DNA of 64,000 nucleotides. Source: Octopus sinensis (Eukaryota). The stretch spans positions 32,736,001 through 32,800,000 of the forward strand of contig NC_043009.1 in NCBI RefSeq assembly GCF_006345805.1, in the 5' to 3' direction. The notes below the pieces were generated by a model. It did no database searches. It saw nothing but the letters and a program-made list of their open reading frames with translations, and was not told the origin of the DNA. A program made the translations under genes and the position numbers. Shown in pieces: positions 36,966 through 52,759 of this stretch (positions are counted from its first letter, which is position 1; each line of letters starts with the position of its first letter).

Positions 36966-38599
36966 ACATATAGATATTCTGACTTTATACTACCAGCAGA
37001 TATTGCCAATAATATTGTAGCATAGAACTGTGAAACTTCCTCTATCACAATAGCAATGAAACCGAATCCTCCATACATTTTCTCTTCTGTATTTCATGTC
37101 ATATTTGTGAGTCCCTTCCATATTAGCAATGTTGATCTATAGTTGAAATTATGTTCAGCAAGTGTTTGTGTGAGCGTCAGTTCAAAAGTGAAGGCGTCGC
37201 ATTATGAAATGAGAAACTATTCTAATATTTCCTCTAGAATGAGACTAAATGAAATATGTTAATACTTAGTTCACCTTTCGTTAGTTGTTGTGGTAGATAT
37301 TGACGTGTGACAAGTTGCCCTACACTAGATACCGGGGATGCAATATATTTCACAAGAGAATTATGTTGCAGTTCTCAAATTCAAAACTATTTACTCAACT
37401 TCCGAAATATAGATAATCTGGTTCTTGATGGTGAATTGATGGTAGAAATATGGTAAAATGTCCAGTGCCTTAAGAACGACAGATACTGTAAAATATGCGC
37501 AGGTTTTCATAATTTATTGCTGTTAGCACAGAAGGTCAAAATAGTGGACTTCAGAGAATGTCAGGATTATGGCATCAATATATGTCTGAGGTTATAAGGT
37601 TTATATGAGATTAGGGCACAGAATCAATATTCAGATAAAGGTAGAATTTTAGGATTACATTATTGATAAAATTTCTGAACATCTTCCAACCCTAACAACA
37701 CGTGATAAGTGTCATGACATCAATAAAAGGGGAATGACACAACATGAATAAAGAGCGAAATATATACTGAGGATCGGATATTAAGGAATAGATGTTCATG
37801 TACCCATGAAGAAGAATAGAGATACGCATGATTATCTATTACCGATGAAAGATGTTCATGGGGAGCCACCCAGATACTAATTGAGTCAGTCAGACATGAA
37901 TAGAAGGTCAGCTACTAATGAAAAGGGGTACAGGCCCATGAATAAAGAAGCAAATATTCCTGACTTAAGAATCAGATTATCATAAATTAATGGTCAAATA
38001 CTTATGAAGAGGGAAGAATCAATTACCTATGAATAAAAGAGCAGTTGTTTAGGAGTATTGTTTGGTAATATTCAGTGAGGTGTAACAATGGTTGTTTACC
38101 ATAATGGATAGTGAAAGAATATATTAAAGTCATATATTCGGAAATTTGGGGATTAGTTCTATAGTTTGGGTTTTGTTCTCAGTTTTTGTACAACAGTTTA
38201 TTTCCAAAGAAATGGCCAGGTTTAATGAGAAGATTACGGGATCCTCATAAATAGAAAGTCATGTATAAAGACATGTGCTCGTAAGCAGAGCAGTAGTAGT
38301 TAGTTTTGCGTAAAGAAAGAAATGCACATGGATAGAGAAGATGTATAACCAAAAATACAGGGTTGGATACTTTTGAAGAGAAGATCAGATACTCATGAAT
38401 ACGAAAAGAGTGAGTTAGAGAGATGTATGAACAAAAGAAAAGCGTCGAATAATCATAATATTAAGTTATGATCATAGACTTTACTAATATTGCAGCAGGC
38501 ATTTAAGGGATGATTTCAATCATATGCAATGATAAGTGTGAAGGTAGTATTTCACATCTAGGGAAGTATCTGCTGGAGACGGTTTCAAATGTGAATGGT

Positions 38600-39414
38600 A
38601 TCCCTCGACAATGAAACATGACAAACTGCATGCAGTAAATAATAAAAACCTTCACGTCACTGACCGTGGCGCTTTAAAGTAATATCCTGTAACTGGAGCT
38701 GTTACATGGATTTGAACGAAAAACTAAAGTGACACTGTGTCAACGCACAATTGATAGTGTTTTTCATCAGCCAACACATAAACATAGCCAGTAGAGATGC
38801 AAACTCAGTTTGTAGCAAGTTTAATGTTTTAATGCTTAGAACACCTTTGCGAAAAGTACCATAACAGGCGATAAAGAGATGGCGTACAGCTATTATGATG
38901 TTGATACAAATAAAGAAGTTGTCTTAATCAGTTAGATCATAGTTGCATCGATAGAAACCATCACACAACAGTCACAAAAATATGAAGGTGATCGCTTTTT
39001 CTAATTGGAAGGACAACATTTAATAGACACGTTTTTGAGCGTTTTTTTTTTTCAATATCCTTGTGTACGAAACGTCGATGAAAAGCAGGAACTATGAGTT
39101 ACGGGCAAAGAGAACGAACGAAACCCTATGCGTGGCGCATTTCAGAAAACAGGCAATGACTGAAATTTTTTAGACGTCTACTCTCTAGATTTGCTCTCAT
39201 CGGATTTCCCTATTTCCAAAGCTGAAAACTGCCTTTATAGGTCCCTAATTTTAAACGATGGAAGCAATCAAAGAATACACACGACTTCTTTTACGTATTG
39301 CAAATCCGGTATAAATTTTAGGTTGTACATTGAAAGAAATTACTATTAATTTGGAAATATGCAATATATGCGTTTCCCAAAATGTTCAGTTTTTCTTTTT
39401 AGACAGATCTGATA
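38600..39414 (+). mobile_element. Decayed mariner (DD34D-type) with 3' TIR remnant
   Basis: ITGDKEMAYSYYDVDT (cf. ITGDETWVYGYDVET); YSLDLLSSDF..FPKLKT (cf. YSPDLAPSDFFLFPKLK); end tttttagacagatctgata. Confidence 0.7.
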
Positions 39415-40610
39415 TTTCCGAAAACAATTTCAAACAGAGCGAGGCTCTGGTTCCCCCTGTCTCTTCAGAACACTGTTGAACAGACTAAAATATTGAAACC
39501 TCATTTTAAAGATATTTTACAGATAACATCATGATAATCAGTCATCACTTGCACAGTGCTCCCTCTCATTACAACAACTGCATATATACAAATTCATTAC
39601 ACTATTAAGAACATCTTTTTTTACTTGAAGCATTGTTGAATATCAGTGATGATATAGAAACACTGAACTACCCAGCTCTCTATTGAACAACTCATTGCCT
39701 TAGGAAAGTTTGATAACATTTTGCTAAAGGAATCGTAAGACAACTCGTGATTTATTTGTCCTTAACAAATCCTGCATATTAAAGCAATGGTTCGAGAAAT
39801 TTACTAATAAACTACGTAATTAGAGGCTCAACAACAGAGCTTGGTGCTTCTTTGCAGACATTTTACACATGGTCGTTTATCATTTTAACCATATATAATA
39901 CGTTAAATGAAAAATTTTCATTTAATAAACACGAATTATACTACAACTCTAACCAATATAATAAGATGGAAATAATTAATAACCAAGGGAAAATAATAAT
40001 TATCTAAAACAATAAATGAGATTTATTAGTCAGGATGCTGTATGCTACAACTGAGAATTCTCATAGTGAAACACAGTTTTCAACTTCGTTTAGTTTTCTG
40101 TTACAGAGGAATAGCATTTCCGAACAACTATAAAACATAGCAAGACTGAAATTTTTTTATAAAAAAATAATCTTGAATTATTCAGTAATGAGCTCAGATG
40201 GAAATTTTCATAGTCACGTCTCACAATTAATGTCCCCTCAACCACACTGGAGCATATTTTGTTAAAAATGGTCGAATGAAATAAAAGAAAGAGGGGAAAA
40301 AAATTACAACATGACAGGGTTGGCAATATTGCTTCTTAATTATCATTTCAACTTCCATCAAATTATAATTTAAAGACAAGAATTTATAAAAAAAAAATCA
40401 CAGACAATATAAATAAACATATAAAATAAGAAAACAAAGACTAACGAAACACAAAACAAAGAAAAGGTGCAATGTCAATTCATTTCTATTGATGTTGCAA
40501 CTAAAACATTTGTAATGAAGAATTCATAGTTTTGGTGATGGGTATCTTCTCTCACACAAATGGATCCTGATGGAAGACAATTGGAAATAATAACGAAATG
40601 AATAATAAAA

Positions 40611-40612
<2 letters not shown>

Positions 40613-40692
<80 letters not shown>

Positions 40693-40896
40693 TAATAATA
40701 ATAATAATAATAATAATAATAGCAACAACAACAACAGCAACAGCACTGAGAGTACTTGATATTATAATTCATGATAACAAAAATGCTACCTCTACTATTA
40801 ATAATCCTAATAATAATAATACTAATGATACACAAAGTAGTTAATATTAATATTATTATTATTAATGAGAAGAACAAAAACAATACTACATTTACC

Positions 40897-40936
<40 letters not shown>

Positions 40937-40987
40937 GTAGTAGTGGTTGTAGTAGTAGTAACAACAACAACAATAATAATAATAATG
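40613..40987. repeat. (AAT)n / (AAC) / (AGT) triplet field
   Basis: Direct reading. Confidence 0.95.
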
Positions 40988-43684
40988 ATAAAAATACTTG
41001 TAAAAAAGGGAATCAAATGAAGATATATTAGCAAAAATATGCAATAGAAATCATTTTCCACTAATATTAAATTTAATTGCTGCCAGATTTTTTAGCATTT
41101 GCAATTAATGCAGCAAGACATTTCAATTTCAATACAAATGAATTGAGAGTTATCAAATTCAGATTAATTATTCTTTTTGCTCTTTCACTTTCAGACTTCG
41201 TATTTTTTTTACACCTCTAACTCACCTCTCATAATTTCGTCAATTGCATACCAAATATGATGCATCCAACCTTCCCGTTTCAGATTTTTAGTTCTAATAT
41301 ATCGGGTTCAATCTTATTATTGTCGTTCGTCTGCCTTATTTATGGTGTTTGTTACTGAACCAAATATTAAAGATTTGGGATCGCCGAAAGAGATGGGTAT
41401 ATGAAAGAGTTCGCAGTTATGTATTTGGGAAATTATGTAATCTTAGTCTTGTAGTGGTTAATGTATTGCATGCCAAAATGGAACGGTCTGTACTTGTAAA
41501 TAATGGCTAAAACAAAGGTCGTGACTAGTATATATTCAATCCTAGCTGTAAATAATTGTTGCTAATTAGGTCATTGGAAACAAATACCCCTATGATACAC
41601 AAAGCAGTAAAAGATATATGAAGGAAAATATTCAGTTGGGTCCTTATATCATTATGCTGACCGTTTCATGATCCAGGACCCACATAAGAAAAGAAGACTG
41701 TGCCAATATACGTTGATATTTACAAAATAAATAATTAAAAGTTTAAGACAAGCACCAGATTCTTAATCATTCTTGATAACTTTCGATTTTATAAGCGGAA
41801 ATCGTCAGAAATTGCTCCAGGTATCGATAAATGGTGGTGGGTTTCAAGGAGCAAACGTTTATGAGTCCGGGTTATTAGATAAAACTGTCATATCATATTC
41901 TTCGTCTTAAATACAGGAAACACAAAACACATTAAATGATATAATTTCACAAGCTTGAATATACTGGCAATTCAGTGACTTAGCTTTTTCACAAATTGTG
42001 TCTTACTGATTTTGTTGGTGAAATACACAGCCAATTATGTTTTAATTAATGACTTCAATAAATTGCACAATTTTCTGCTCAAATTTGAAGCCATCGAAAG
42101 CTATGTTATATGTCACACATGTCTTAAAGAGTGAGGTGATTAGATTGGGAAATCTTTCAAGATGTTTATGCTCGATCAGAGTCGACTGGGGTTAAACAAC
42201 AGCGTAAAAACGTAAGCATTTCTCTAACTTTACACCTACCCCTATATTATTCATGTTGTCTACTGACTGCTATATCTCTCCCAATCATTATTGATATGAT
42301 TTATTTTGAGTATAAACTATACGGTTTTTAATGAAGAGAATTGTTGAAAAATATTGCATACAAGGAGATCTCAACGACTAATGACTAAGCAATAAATCTG
42401 TTACTATATCTGCTCAAAATATTTAATATTTTCTCACATAGTTGGAGACGCTAAATATATTCTAAACAACACCAGTACTCAGGGTTTATTATGCTGTAAA
42501 ATAAAATTACAGCAATTTGCTGTATTATAGATTAATTGCTTTAAAAGTTATTGAGATATTTTAGTTACACCGAGAAATTTGTTCCCTCACAAATCTCTTA
42601 TACCTGCAGTCTAAATATCTTTAAGCTGAGCTACTTAAAAAGACAACAGCCTGGAAAACACGACATACATAATATCTAAACGTCACATGGCCAGCAGTCA
42701 TCTGTGCCAAGTTGTGTTGCTTTACGCGAAGTTCCAGCTAGCTTGATTCAAAACTGTGGACATCTCCTTGGAGCATATACACTTACAACCAAATATACAT
42801 ATACACACTATTATATACACACATACATACATAATGACATATATACACGTTCATACACAATACATACATACATAGTTACATACATACACACACATACATA
42901 CATAATACATACATACACACATACATAATACATACATACAACCTTATATACATACTTAGCCATGTACGTATATTTCCTATTATATATATCAAGAAGATTT
43001 ACGCAAAATTAAGAATTATTTGCAGTAAAATTGAATGCTCTGAGATATTTGCTTTGGGCCTCCTTTACGTGCAGTCATGTGAACATCACTGTTCATCCTC
43101 TGAACATCTGCTGCTAGTTTTAAGTAATGCAGAATTTGTAATAAAGTCGCCGTTTGATAGAGAAGCATCGGCACATTGGAAGAGAAGAGAAAGCGTTGTA
43201 ACATATTAGTCGATCAACATATTAGTCAAATTGGAGAAACTTTTAAAGTTTAACAGCCAGAAGAAAGAAATTAGCCTCATAAAACTTAGATTGAGTTATT
43301 TATGGAATAACATTGGAGTAGTAACTGAGCTGTACCAATACATTCTAGCAGGAAATACACAAAGGAATTTTCACAATAAACGCCATCGAAATACTGTAGT
43401 TTGAAAAATCAGACTTATTCAAGCAATTTCACTCACCTCCACTCTCTATCTCCCCTCGCTCTCTTTTTCTCTCTCTCTTTCTTTCTCTCATTCACTTTCT
43501 CTCTCTCTCTCTCACTTTATTTCTCAATTTCACAGTTTCATTTAACCTCTCTCTTTTTCCTCTTTGTTCGTTCACGTAAAATAACGAAGCCGTGACCTAT
43601 TCACAGAATTTGAGAAACTATTGAAATTTGTTTTAAAACAAATGCCACACACACACAACGCATACACGTATTTATATACACACA

Positions 43685-43710
43685 TCTTATATATATATAT
43701 ATATATATAT

Positions 43711-43781
<71 letters not shown>

Positions 43782-43790
43782 CATATATAT

Positions 43791-43853
<63 letters not shown>

Positions 43854-43990
43854 TATATATATATAATATATATATATATAATATATATATATATGAATAA
43901 ATAAATATATATAGACAAATAAATAAATAGATAGATAGATAGTTGATAGATACATACGTACATACATATATACATACATATAACGAAAAT
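43685..43990. repeat. Long (TA)n with (GATA)/(TACA)
   Basis: Direct reading. Confidence 0.95.
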
Positions 43991-44558
43991 ATACATGAAT
44001 GATTAAATACACACATTAAGCAGATAGAAATGAACATACGTGATGAAATTTCTTTTTATTAGGCAAATCTAATTAATTTATTGTTTATCTCAAGAGATAA
44101 ATATTTTCTTTGATTTCATTTAAAGTTTACAAAAGTTCCCAGTGTGGGGACCTAAAGATGAACATTCCATCAAAATAGAAAATACCCAGATCGGTTCCCC
44201 TATTTACCATTGTATCAAAGTGTACAAGAAGACGCTGAGCAAGTAACCAAAATAACATTACAATCTTGATTTTTATCGTTTTTATAGTTAATGTTATATA
44301 GTTCATATTTGATGCTTTTTACTGATATAAAACACAAACATGATGCACCTCTGTAAACAAATTTATAATATACTGTAATAGCTGTGCAAATTTACACGCA
44401 CACAGACATTCATATATTTCACTTCTATATACATATATGCTTATGGAGTATACGTAAATGCATGTGTGTGTACGTGTGTGTGTATGTGTGTGTATGTGTG
44501 TCTTAGTGCGTGCGTGTAGTAGTGTTTGTTTAACGTTCATCTTCTATTAGTAATGTAG

Positions 44559-44882
44559 CGAAGGCGCGTGGCTTAGTAGTTAGAGCATTCAGCTCACGAT
44601 CGTAATGTCGTGAGTTCAATTCACGGCGACGCTTTGTATCCCTGAGCAAGACACCTCATTTCACGTTGCTCCAGTCCACTCAGCTGGCAAAAATGAGTAC
44701 TACCTGTATTTCGAAGGGCCAGCTTGTCACACTCTGTGTCACGCTGAATTTCCCCGAGAACTACGATAAGTGTACAACGTGTCGTGGAGTGCTCAGTCAC
44801 TTGCACCTTACTTTCACGAGCAAGCGGTTCCGTTGATCGTATCAGCCGGGACCCTCTAGTCGTAACCGACAGAGTGCTCCTT
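44559..44882 (+). mobile_element. tRNA-derived SINE family C (Meta/V-like core), full length with 14-bp TSD
   Basis: A box tggcttagtag, B box gagttcaattc, core cctgagcaagacac...ccactcagctggcaaaaatgag; TSD tattagtaatgtag at 44545-44558 and 44883-44896. Confidence 0.9.
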
Positions 44883-47094
44883 TATTAGTAATGTAGTACA
44901 TCACACCTGAGGCCTAACACCTATATTAGACACCACTGTTATCGAACACAATGTTCTGACTCAATATATCGATTTACATAGTTGTACTGATACAGAATAT
45001 AAGTGGAGTATCTGTACAGGAAAAAATCTTGGTGCAGTATCTATTATCACAAGATCATTTCTAAATTAAGTTGGCTAATTTTCTAATCAGATATTTTATA
45101 AATATTAGCAGTTGATTGATTTTAATCGTTTTAGCAAGACTCTAACTATATTATTATTCTTCCAACAAGTCTTTCCAAGATTTTTTCCCTTTTCTTATCT
45201 GGATTTATTGTGAAATAAATGGTTGTGTTTCAATAATTATTTAACTTACAAACAATAATATTCATTGAAAGAGTTATTCATTATTTAGTTAAATGATCGA
45301 CTCACATCGTATTGGTTAAATTCAGTTAGATTTGTAAACTTATTCTTCATGATAATTCTACATCTTAATGGTTTCAACATCCTGAGGCATACATTTTTGA
45401 ATCAGGTTGATAATTAACACCTATTATAATATAGGAAATCTCTTTATCTATGCATAATCCACGACAATTATTAGATGAAATTCTTTGAAACATGATCATG
45501 ACGTCCTTAGTAAAACCTCATTAGACAACAGAGACTTAAATATCATTATAAAGATGTGAAGGCCACTTCTGGTATAGTTGTGCTCTTACGTTTGTCCTAT
45601 CAAGAGAGACGTTAGTCTGTACAAAAATAACTGCAGCAACAACAAAAGCATTTATCTGAATATGCATGATATATTTTAATTTTGATATTTGATTCCATTG
45701 GTAAATATATATCAAACGATCCATTAGCAACCATCGTCATATTGCCTTCCCTGTATATACTACAAAAAAAAACTCTCGGAAACGCATGTGTGTGTGCGTG
45801 TGTGTGTCTGTGTGTCTGTGTGTATGTCTGTGTCTGTGTGTGTGCATGCGCGCATAAAGCAGAATTCTGTTGAAGGGTTACAAAAAACCGTAAACGACTT
45901 TGAAATCTATTTCCAAATAACCTTTATCTTTTACTCCTTTCCGTCGTCTGCAAGTCTGCTTGAGTGACGTGTCACACCATGCCGAAGTCTATATAGATAT
46001 CTACCGCTCACTTAACACCAAGAACGTGTATCTCAGAACCAAAGCTTAAAATTGTTTGAAGATAAGTACGTAGTGTACGATTAAAGCATTTCAACTCTAT
46101 TTGACAATTTTATAAGCTATTTACCACCAATATATCCTACATATCTTCTTTTAGAGGCGTCGGGATTTATAATTGCAAAATGGCAGCGATGTTAATTGTA
46201 TAATATTGAGACCGGTGGTTTGATTTTTAGTTTCTCTAAATGAACTTGCGATCTATGTATTAGGCCATAAGCAGAGAACGGCAAAGGAAATAAATATAAT
46301 TTCCATGTGCAGCTGTTTCTAAAACAGAAAATATTTAGTATGCATCGAATCACATTGCTTTATGAACATGCTACAATAGTAGTCAGTCTTCTGTTCTTGT
46401 AATACGATTTACCTCAGCGACTCACTCAAATCTTGATTCTTATAAAAGCTGAACTGGTTAGAGATAAGGAAATAGAGATACTAATGCGTTTTACTATTAT
46501 TCAATTATTCATATGACTTGATATTATACAAAATCAAATAAACGAATATCTCATACAAACATTATTCTTCCATAACAAATGCATATTAATATGCAGAAAT
46601 GAACGCCAGCTGCATTAACTGACTTCAGGCTTAGAATACCAAACTGATTAAATATGTAAAACTTCTACACTGTAAATATCTTTCTCATTTGATAACGGCT
46701 TAACATTTTTACAAACATATTGATGGCGAATCTATAAATCAATTTTATACTTAAACCGTTGTGTGTATTCGTACTTTTAAAATTACACATTCTTTAGATT
46801 AAAGTCTAAATGTCCGTGAGGTAGACACAATATTAGTCTTCAAAGCATATATAGCCACGTGTGGTAGATACAAAATATACACAAACCCACGCACACACAC
46901 ACGCACACACACACATACACACATATACGCACACACACACACATACACACATATACGCACACATACATATATATATCATATAGCTATAAACAAATAATTG
47001 CTATATGATAAGTACACAATACGATAACAGAATTATGAAAGTGTATACTGGTAGATCATAGATAGGATTCATTTACATTAGTGTAATCGCAAAT

Positions 47095-47345
47095 TGTGGA
47101 GGTGCTTAGCTTCGTGTTTAAGTTGCTGCACTCATTCTCGTGATCGTAAGATTGTGGTTTCGATTCGTGGACCTGGCGATCCGTTGTGTTGTTGAACAAA
47201 ATACTTCATTTCACGTTGCACAAACCGCTCAGCAGGCAAAAAGTAAGTTATCTTGCGACGAACTGACAATTCGTCCAAAGGGTAATAATTTCACCAAAGA
47301 ATCCAGGAAACGTTTCTTGTGAATGGATCGAAAAAGACATCTGAC
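47095..47345 (+). mobile_element. SINE family C, older degenerate copy
   Basis: cttcatttcacgttgc...ctcagcaggcaaaaa matches the 44559 copy. Confidence 0.7.
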
Positions 47346-48759
47346 CCTTTTGAATCTTAAGTTAGACTTTTATCTATTATTTGAGAAACAGAGTAAATGT
47401 TTATATATATAGTTCATATACATGTGTATGGATGTATCTCTCTCTATATATAGCGGTGTGTTTCGTTATTAGTTTGATAAACAAGAAGCTGCACTATATG
47501 GCGAGAGTTAAGTATCATTTATACACACACAAGTATGTATGTATGTGTGCGTATGTATGCGCGTATATGTATATGCGTGTCTATGTGCATAGTACATGTA
47601 TGCATTGTTTGTATATGAGCCAATAACGGTAAATTTGCAACCTCCAATTTCACAAATTAGTCACGTATTATACCTGAGCGATATTTCTCTAGAAGCCAAA
47701 GGATATTTGCAGTCTAAAGATAACATAACGCTATTATTAGTGGTATGATATATGTATACAATATTTAGTCATACTACTTATATCCGTTAAGGAGGCTTGT
47801 TATTAAACTTTAAAATGAATGTAATTTTAATATATCTTTACTAATTACTTAAAAATTAAATAATAGATAAATCACTGAAAAGGTGGACCCATAATGTTTA
47901 TTCGTCACTTGTATTAGGTTTATGAGAAACCTCTTTTGTATGTAAGGGACTCTATAGGGGGTTGTGTGGTAACAACAACGCTCCTGTAAAGGGGTTGGTT
48001 ACATCGAAATATTGGAAGGATGAAACATAGACCAATGAACAAGAATATTATTCCTGCTTTAACGGTGTTCTGTTGGCTACAACTGCCAACAAATCTCATC
48101 ATTATGTATTTAAATATCCCTTTGATGTTGTTTGTTTAATGCAGGGACTTTCGTCCGTAATGCGTAGCATGCATAACTGATATCGCCTGGAACTATTAAT
48201 GGATGGCCTGCTCTGCTGAGTCTGCGGAAATACCTGCTCGGGATTTTTCATTTACAGTTATCAGTTCGCTTTACGAATGAATCTCAAAAAGGCAGAAAAA
48301 AAAAGAAAAACGATTGCCTGAGTAGCGACTCCTGCAAACCCAAATTTGAATAAATATTATTTCAGCCTACAAGTATTGAAAATTGTTTTTCGCATTACTG
48401 CAAGTCACACATGTATGAACATGTAATCATCATAAACATACAAGAGCATCTACACGAACGCATATGCGAAGACTCGCGCGCACACACATGCATATTGGTT
48501 TGTCTTTGCAGATTTCCATAAAAATATTGGAGTTTGTCTAAAGTCGATGATTCTCTCCATTACTACTGATATACTTGTATATATGTATGTATGTATGTTT
48601 ATATACATATGTATCTAGGTGTGTATTTGCTTATGTATCTAGATTTTTCATCTATGTGCACGATAAATAGAACGAGTGCATGGAAGAGACGTTTAGATAA
48701 ATTGATATAGGTGCAAAAATGCACACTTCAGCTGTTTAGTACACGCACGCACGGACACA

Positions 48760-48776
48760 CACACACGAACACACAA

Positions 48777-48807
<31 letters not shown>

Positions 48808-48850
48808 CGCACAAGTATATATATATGTAAATTATAATATATATTATCAT

Positions 48851-48883
<33 letters not shown>

Positions 48884-48937
48884 CACGCACGTACACACTC
48901 TCACACACATATAGATAGATAGGTACAGATATCGATA

Positions 48938-49013
<76 letters not shown>

Positions 49014-49042
49014 ATCATATGCCTAAATACACACGCGCGCAC

Positions 49043-49092
<50 letters not shown>

Positions 49093-49145
49093 GTGTGTGT
49101 GTTTCTGTGTGTTTATCTATGTATATATGTATGAATGCATATGTG
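48760..49145. repeat. (CA)/(TA) microsatellite field
   Basis: Direct reading. Confidence 0.95.
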
Positions 49146-50669
49146 TGTGTCAATTAGAGAAGAGAAAGGGAATTTGAGGGAGAGTAATCGAATAATCAAA
49201 TTCTCGGAAAACAATATAGGAAAACGAATGGCTTGATATGAAACAAATCTGCCAAATATACAACAATAACAACAACTACAACAACAACGGCAGCAACTGG
49301 GAAGGGCAAGTAAAGATATAACTACTTTTCTGTGGAAATTAGTTTTGTAAATTATATTACGATATTCAAGTATGAAATTGCTAAACATTACAAATAGAAA
49401 TTTTCGGCAAAAGAAAACAAACATTTTTTTTTAAAACAGAAGCTTAGATTAGCGTTGCAAAGGATATTGAACTATTTGTAGATAAGTGGAAAATATATTT
49501 CCTTAGATAATATTTTATCTGAAGTCTTCTCTCTCGCGATATTTGCAAAATTATAAAAGTTTTAGACTTATAGATTACTGTCGTTTTATACCCATATATT
49601 TTGGTCGCAATTATATTACTAATGTGTAATGATATTAAAAGTAAATCTTGTTAAAATAATTATTAATCTCAGTCATAACTTTGTATCGCATAAATGAAAT
49701 GAACGTTCATAACTGCTTGGAGATAATGTGAGACCAATTGTATCCATTAATGGGTGAAAATATTCAATGCCCATTACAGATAGAACTGACAAATCTGGAT
49801 TGAATTATTCCGACTACTTCAAGAAGATTACTCGACCTGTACAACGTAGAAGCGATGAATTCTTGTGCTATGTTGTCTAAAAAGATCAAAAGAAAGAAAC
49901 AAGGACAACAATAGGTCAACAAACGGGGAACTTGCAGCAAATAAATTTTTAAATGTGTTAACACACTCAGAAGATAGACTCTAACATAAACACTGAATTG
50001 GAACATATTTTAAAGCGATGCAGGTAAAAACTTAGGCAAAATATATAAGGTGATGTAAATACATATGCAGTGTGATACAATATCTTGCCTTTGAATTTAT
50101 TTGTTGACATTAACTATCAAATTTTACTTGAACACTTAACTTCATTCCTTAAAGGTGTTCTTAAATTACTCATATGATTTACAAGTTGCAATTCTTCAGG
50201 AGTTACGCCTGATGCAGGCATGGAGTAGAGAGAGGGAGAATGTCGTTCATGATGTCACGAATGGTGACGAAAGGACTGTTTGATTGACTAACCCAACAAT
50301 TAATCAAACAACTAAATAAAAAATACTTCATTAAATGATTAACTAATTGTCTAATAATAATAATAATAATGATATTAATAATAATAACAAAAGAGCAGAA
50401 ACTGAAGTAGCGTGTATTTAATGCTGGAGTCTCTTTTCCCGATGAAGTTTAGTAAGATAGAATTAATGGGCTGACGTTTCAGCAAAGAAACTCCGCTGTC
50501 ATTAACTGAATAATTACCCGCGAACTGTTTATTTTGAATGTAGCATTACAATCCAAACATTTGAAACAAATTTCATTTATAACACTTAAAATAATTGTCA
50601 CCATTATAATTAGAAAGACTAATCAAAGAACATCATTTCGCATATAGAGAAATGTATACACATAATTAT

Positions 50670-50875
50670 TCTTCCTCTCTTGGCATAAGGCCAACAAATT
50701 TTGAGGGGAAGGGGAAGTTAATTACATTACTAAATTGGTCCTTATGTCGGTCACCAGAAACAATGAAAGGCAAAGTCGACCTTGGCGGCATTTGAACTCG
50801 GAACCTAAAGAAATATGAAATTACTTTAACCATTTTTTCGGCGTTGCTAACGGTTACGGTGCTGCCTGCTTACCG
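50670..50875 (-). mobile_element. SINE family A, degenerate
   Basis: atgaaaggcaaagtcgaccttggcggcatttgaactc and ttggcataaggccaacaaattttgaggggaagggg in reverse orientation. Confidence 0.8.
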
Positions 50876-50993
50876 ACACAGACACACACATAATTTTAAT
50901 TCGGAATCTAATAACAATATTCATATATATATATACCAGTATACATATACATGCACAACACACACTCACTCACACCGCAGACACACATACACA

Positions 50994-51043
<50 letters not shown>

Positions 51044-51045
51044 CA

Positions 51046-51112
<67 letters not shown>

Positions 51113-51371
51113 GTGTGTGTATATATATATACCGAATTTTCTAGAGAACAATTTTTCTTAGTGGTCAGACCATATGGGGTCTATCTTTAGCATATTAGGA
51201 ATTCACCTAGTGGTCACTCCTCTTATATGTATGTAATATAATTTTCTGAATCTTCTGATTTTTTGCAATATGGTAGGCCACTTGTTTAAACTGATATTAA
51301 TTTAATATCAATTTTTACCCTTGGCCACAGCACGTGAGCTAAAACTAGATGAAATAAATAAATATATATAC

Positions 51372-51402
<31 letters not shown>

Positions 51403-51949
51403 TGTGTCTGTGTCTGTCTGTCTGTATGACTGTGCGCATCAGTAAATGCTTGCATGTAGAGAAGATCACATGCGTACATCCAAATCGTGTCAAATGCTTT
51501 TTCAGGAACATTGCTTCTCTCTTGTTCATTGGCAAACATAGTTTTGTGCTCTGCTGACCTCCTTTTGTACTAAATACATTCCGGAAAATTTTCTAAATAA
51601 GATTTATTATTTGTTTAGTTACCCGATATATCTTAATAGAGGAAATATTGTGATCCTGTAGATATCAAACTCAGTTTGCAGCTGTATGTTTGTTGCATAT
51701 GTTATCAGCGCTGTCGGTGCTGGTCCTTTGATCTTGCTTTCATTTTCTTTAATGCTAAGTTGGTGCTTTCAAGTCGATATTCTTAAAATTCTCGCAACAT
51801 AGCTATAAGCGTTTGTTGCACTTATAGTTACGTTGATGTTGATGATACTCTAGCCATTGTTGCTGAAGTCAGGGAGTGACTTACTCTAGATGGAATATAC
51901 CATTTTTATATGTTATATACTTTGTATAAAATAAAACGAAATTAGCGAG

Positions 51950-52330
51950 AGAAGAAAATGTTCCTTCCGCACAGGTTATAATCTAAAGACAGGAACCAAC
52001 TTACGTAGTAAAAAAGAGAAACAAAAGATATTTCCTCGGCATGCTCATAATTATTCACGTGTAGTTAAGAAGGAGTGGGAAAATGTCTGTTTTCAGATAC
52101 TTTGATGTTATTGATGGATCAACGTCATTTCTATGGATTAGTGACATGGACACAACCTATTGATTGTTGTCGGATTTGTTTTTCATTCATCTTTCATTGC
52201 CAGAACAAACGGAATCATAATAATATCGTACATAACGGATGCGCCGGAAGATAAGGTTTTGTTGCCAGTATTTAGAGTATAGGTGAATATGCCATTAATT
52301 CCCACATCAATAAAAGGAGAGGAAAGGTGC
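51950..52330 (-). mobile_element. Decayed Penelope-like RT fragment
   Basis: Minus strand FRRIRYVRYY (cf. W.RYVDDI), followed by thumb-like remnants; weak. Confidence 0.3.
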
Positions 52331-52580
52331 AGAGATATACTCTCATCATAGAGAAAATACATTTGTCAGCATCGGAAAAGAGTTGAGGCATTACACTGTA
52401 GACTTAGAGATTTGGTTCCGTGTATTCCCACCAACAAGAGTAAGGTTCCGCCGACATATTCTACATGTCGATAAAGGATTTACGGAAAGACAACATAAGA
52501 CTATGGAATATTCAGTCAATTGCGCGCGTACTTGTGTGTGTGAAAGTCTGTGTGTAAGTGTGTGTATGCACAGATATATA

Positions 52581-52616
<36 letters not shown>

Positions 52617-52624
52617 TGTATGTA

Positions 52625-52683
<59 letters not shown>

Positions 52684-52700
52684 ATGTATGCATATGTATG

Positions 52701-52731
<31 letters not shown>

Positions 52732-52759
52732 TATATATATATAATATATATATATATAT

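Noticed and set aside
45590-45616. Minus-strand 27-nt micro-exon candidate with AAC|gtaaga donor
   Set aside because: Such short splice-signal pairs arise often by chance in 64 kb; no other support.
49837-49876. Minus-strand 40-nt exon candidate (DNIAQEFIASTLY)
   Set aside because: Strong polypyrimidine acceptor but a poor donor (CAG|gtcgag) and no homology; too speculative to list.
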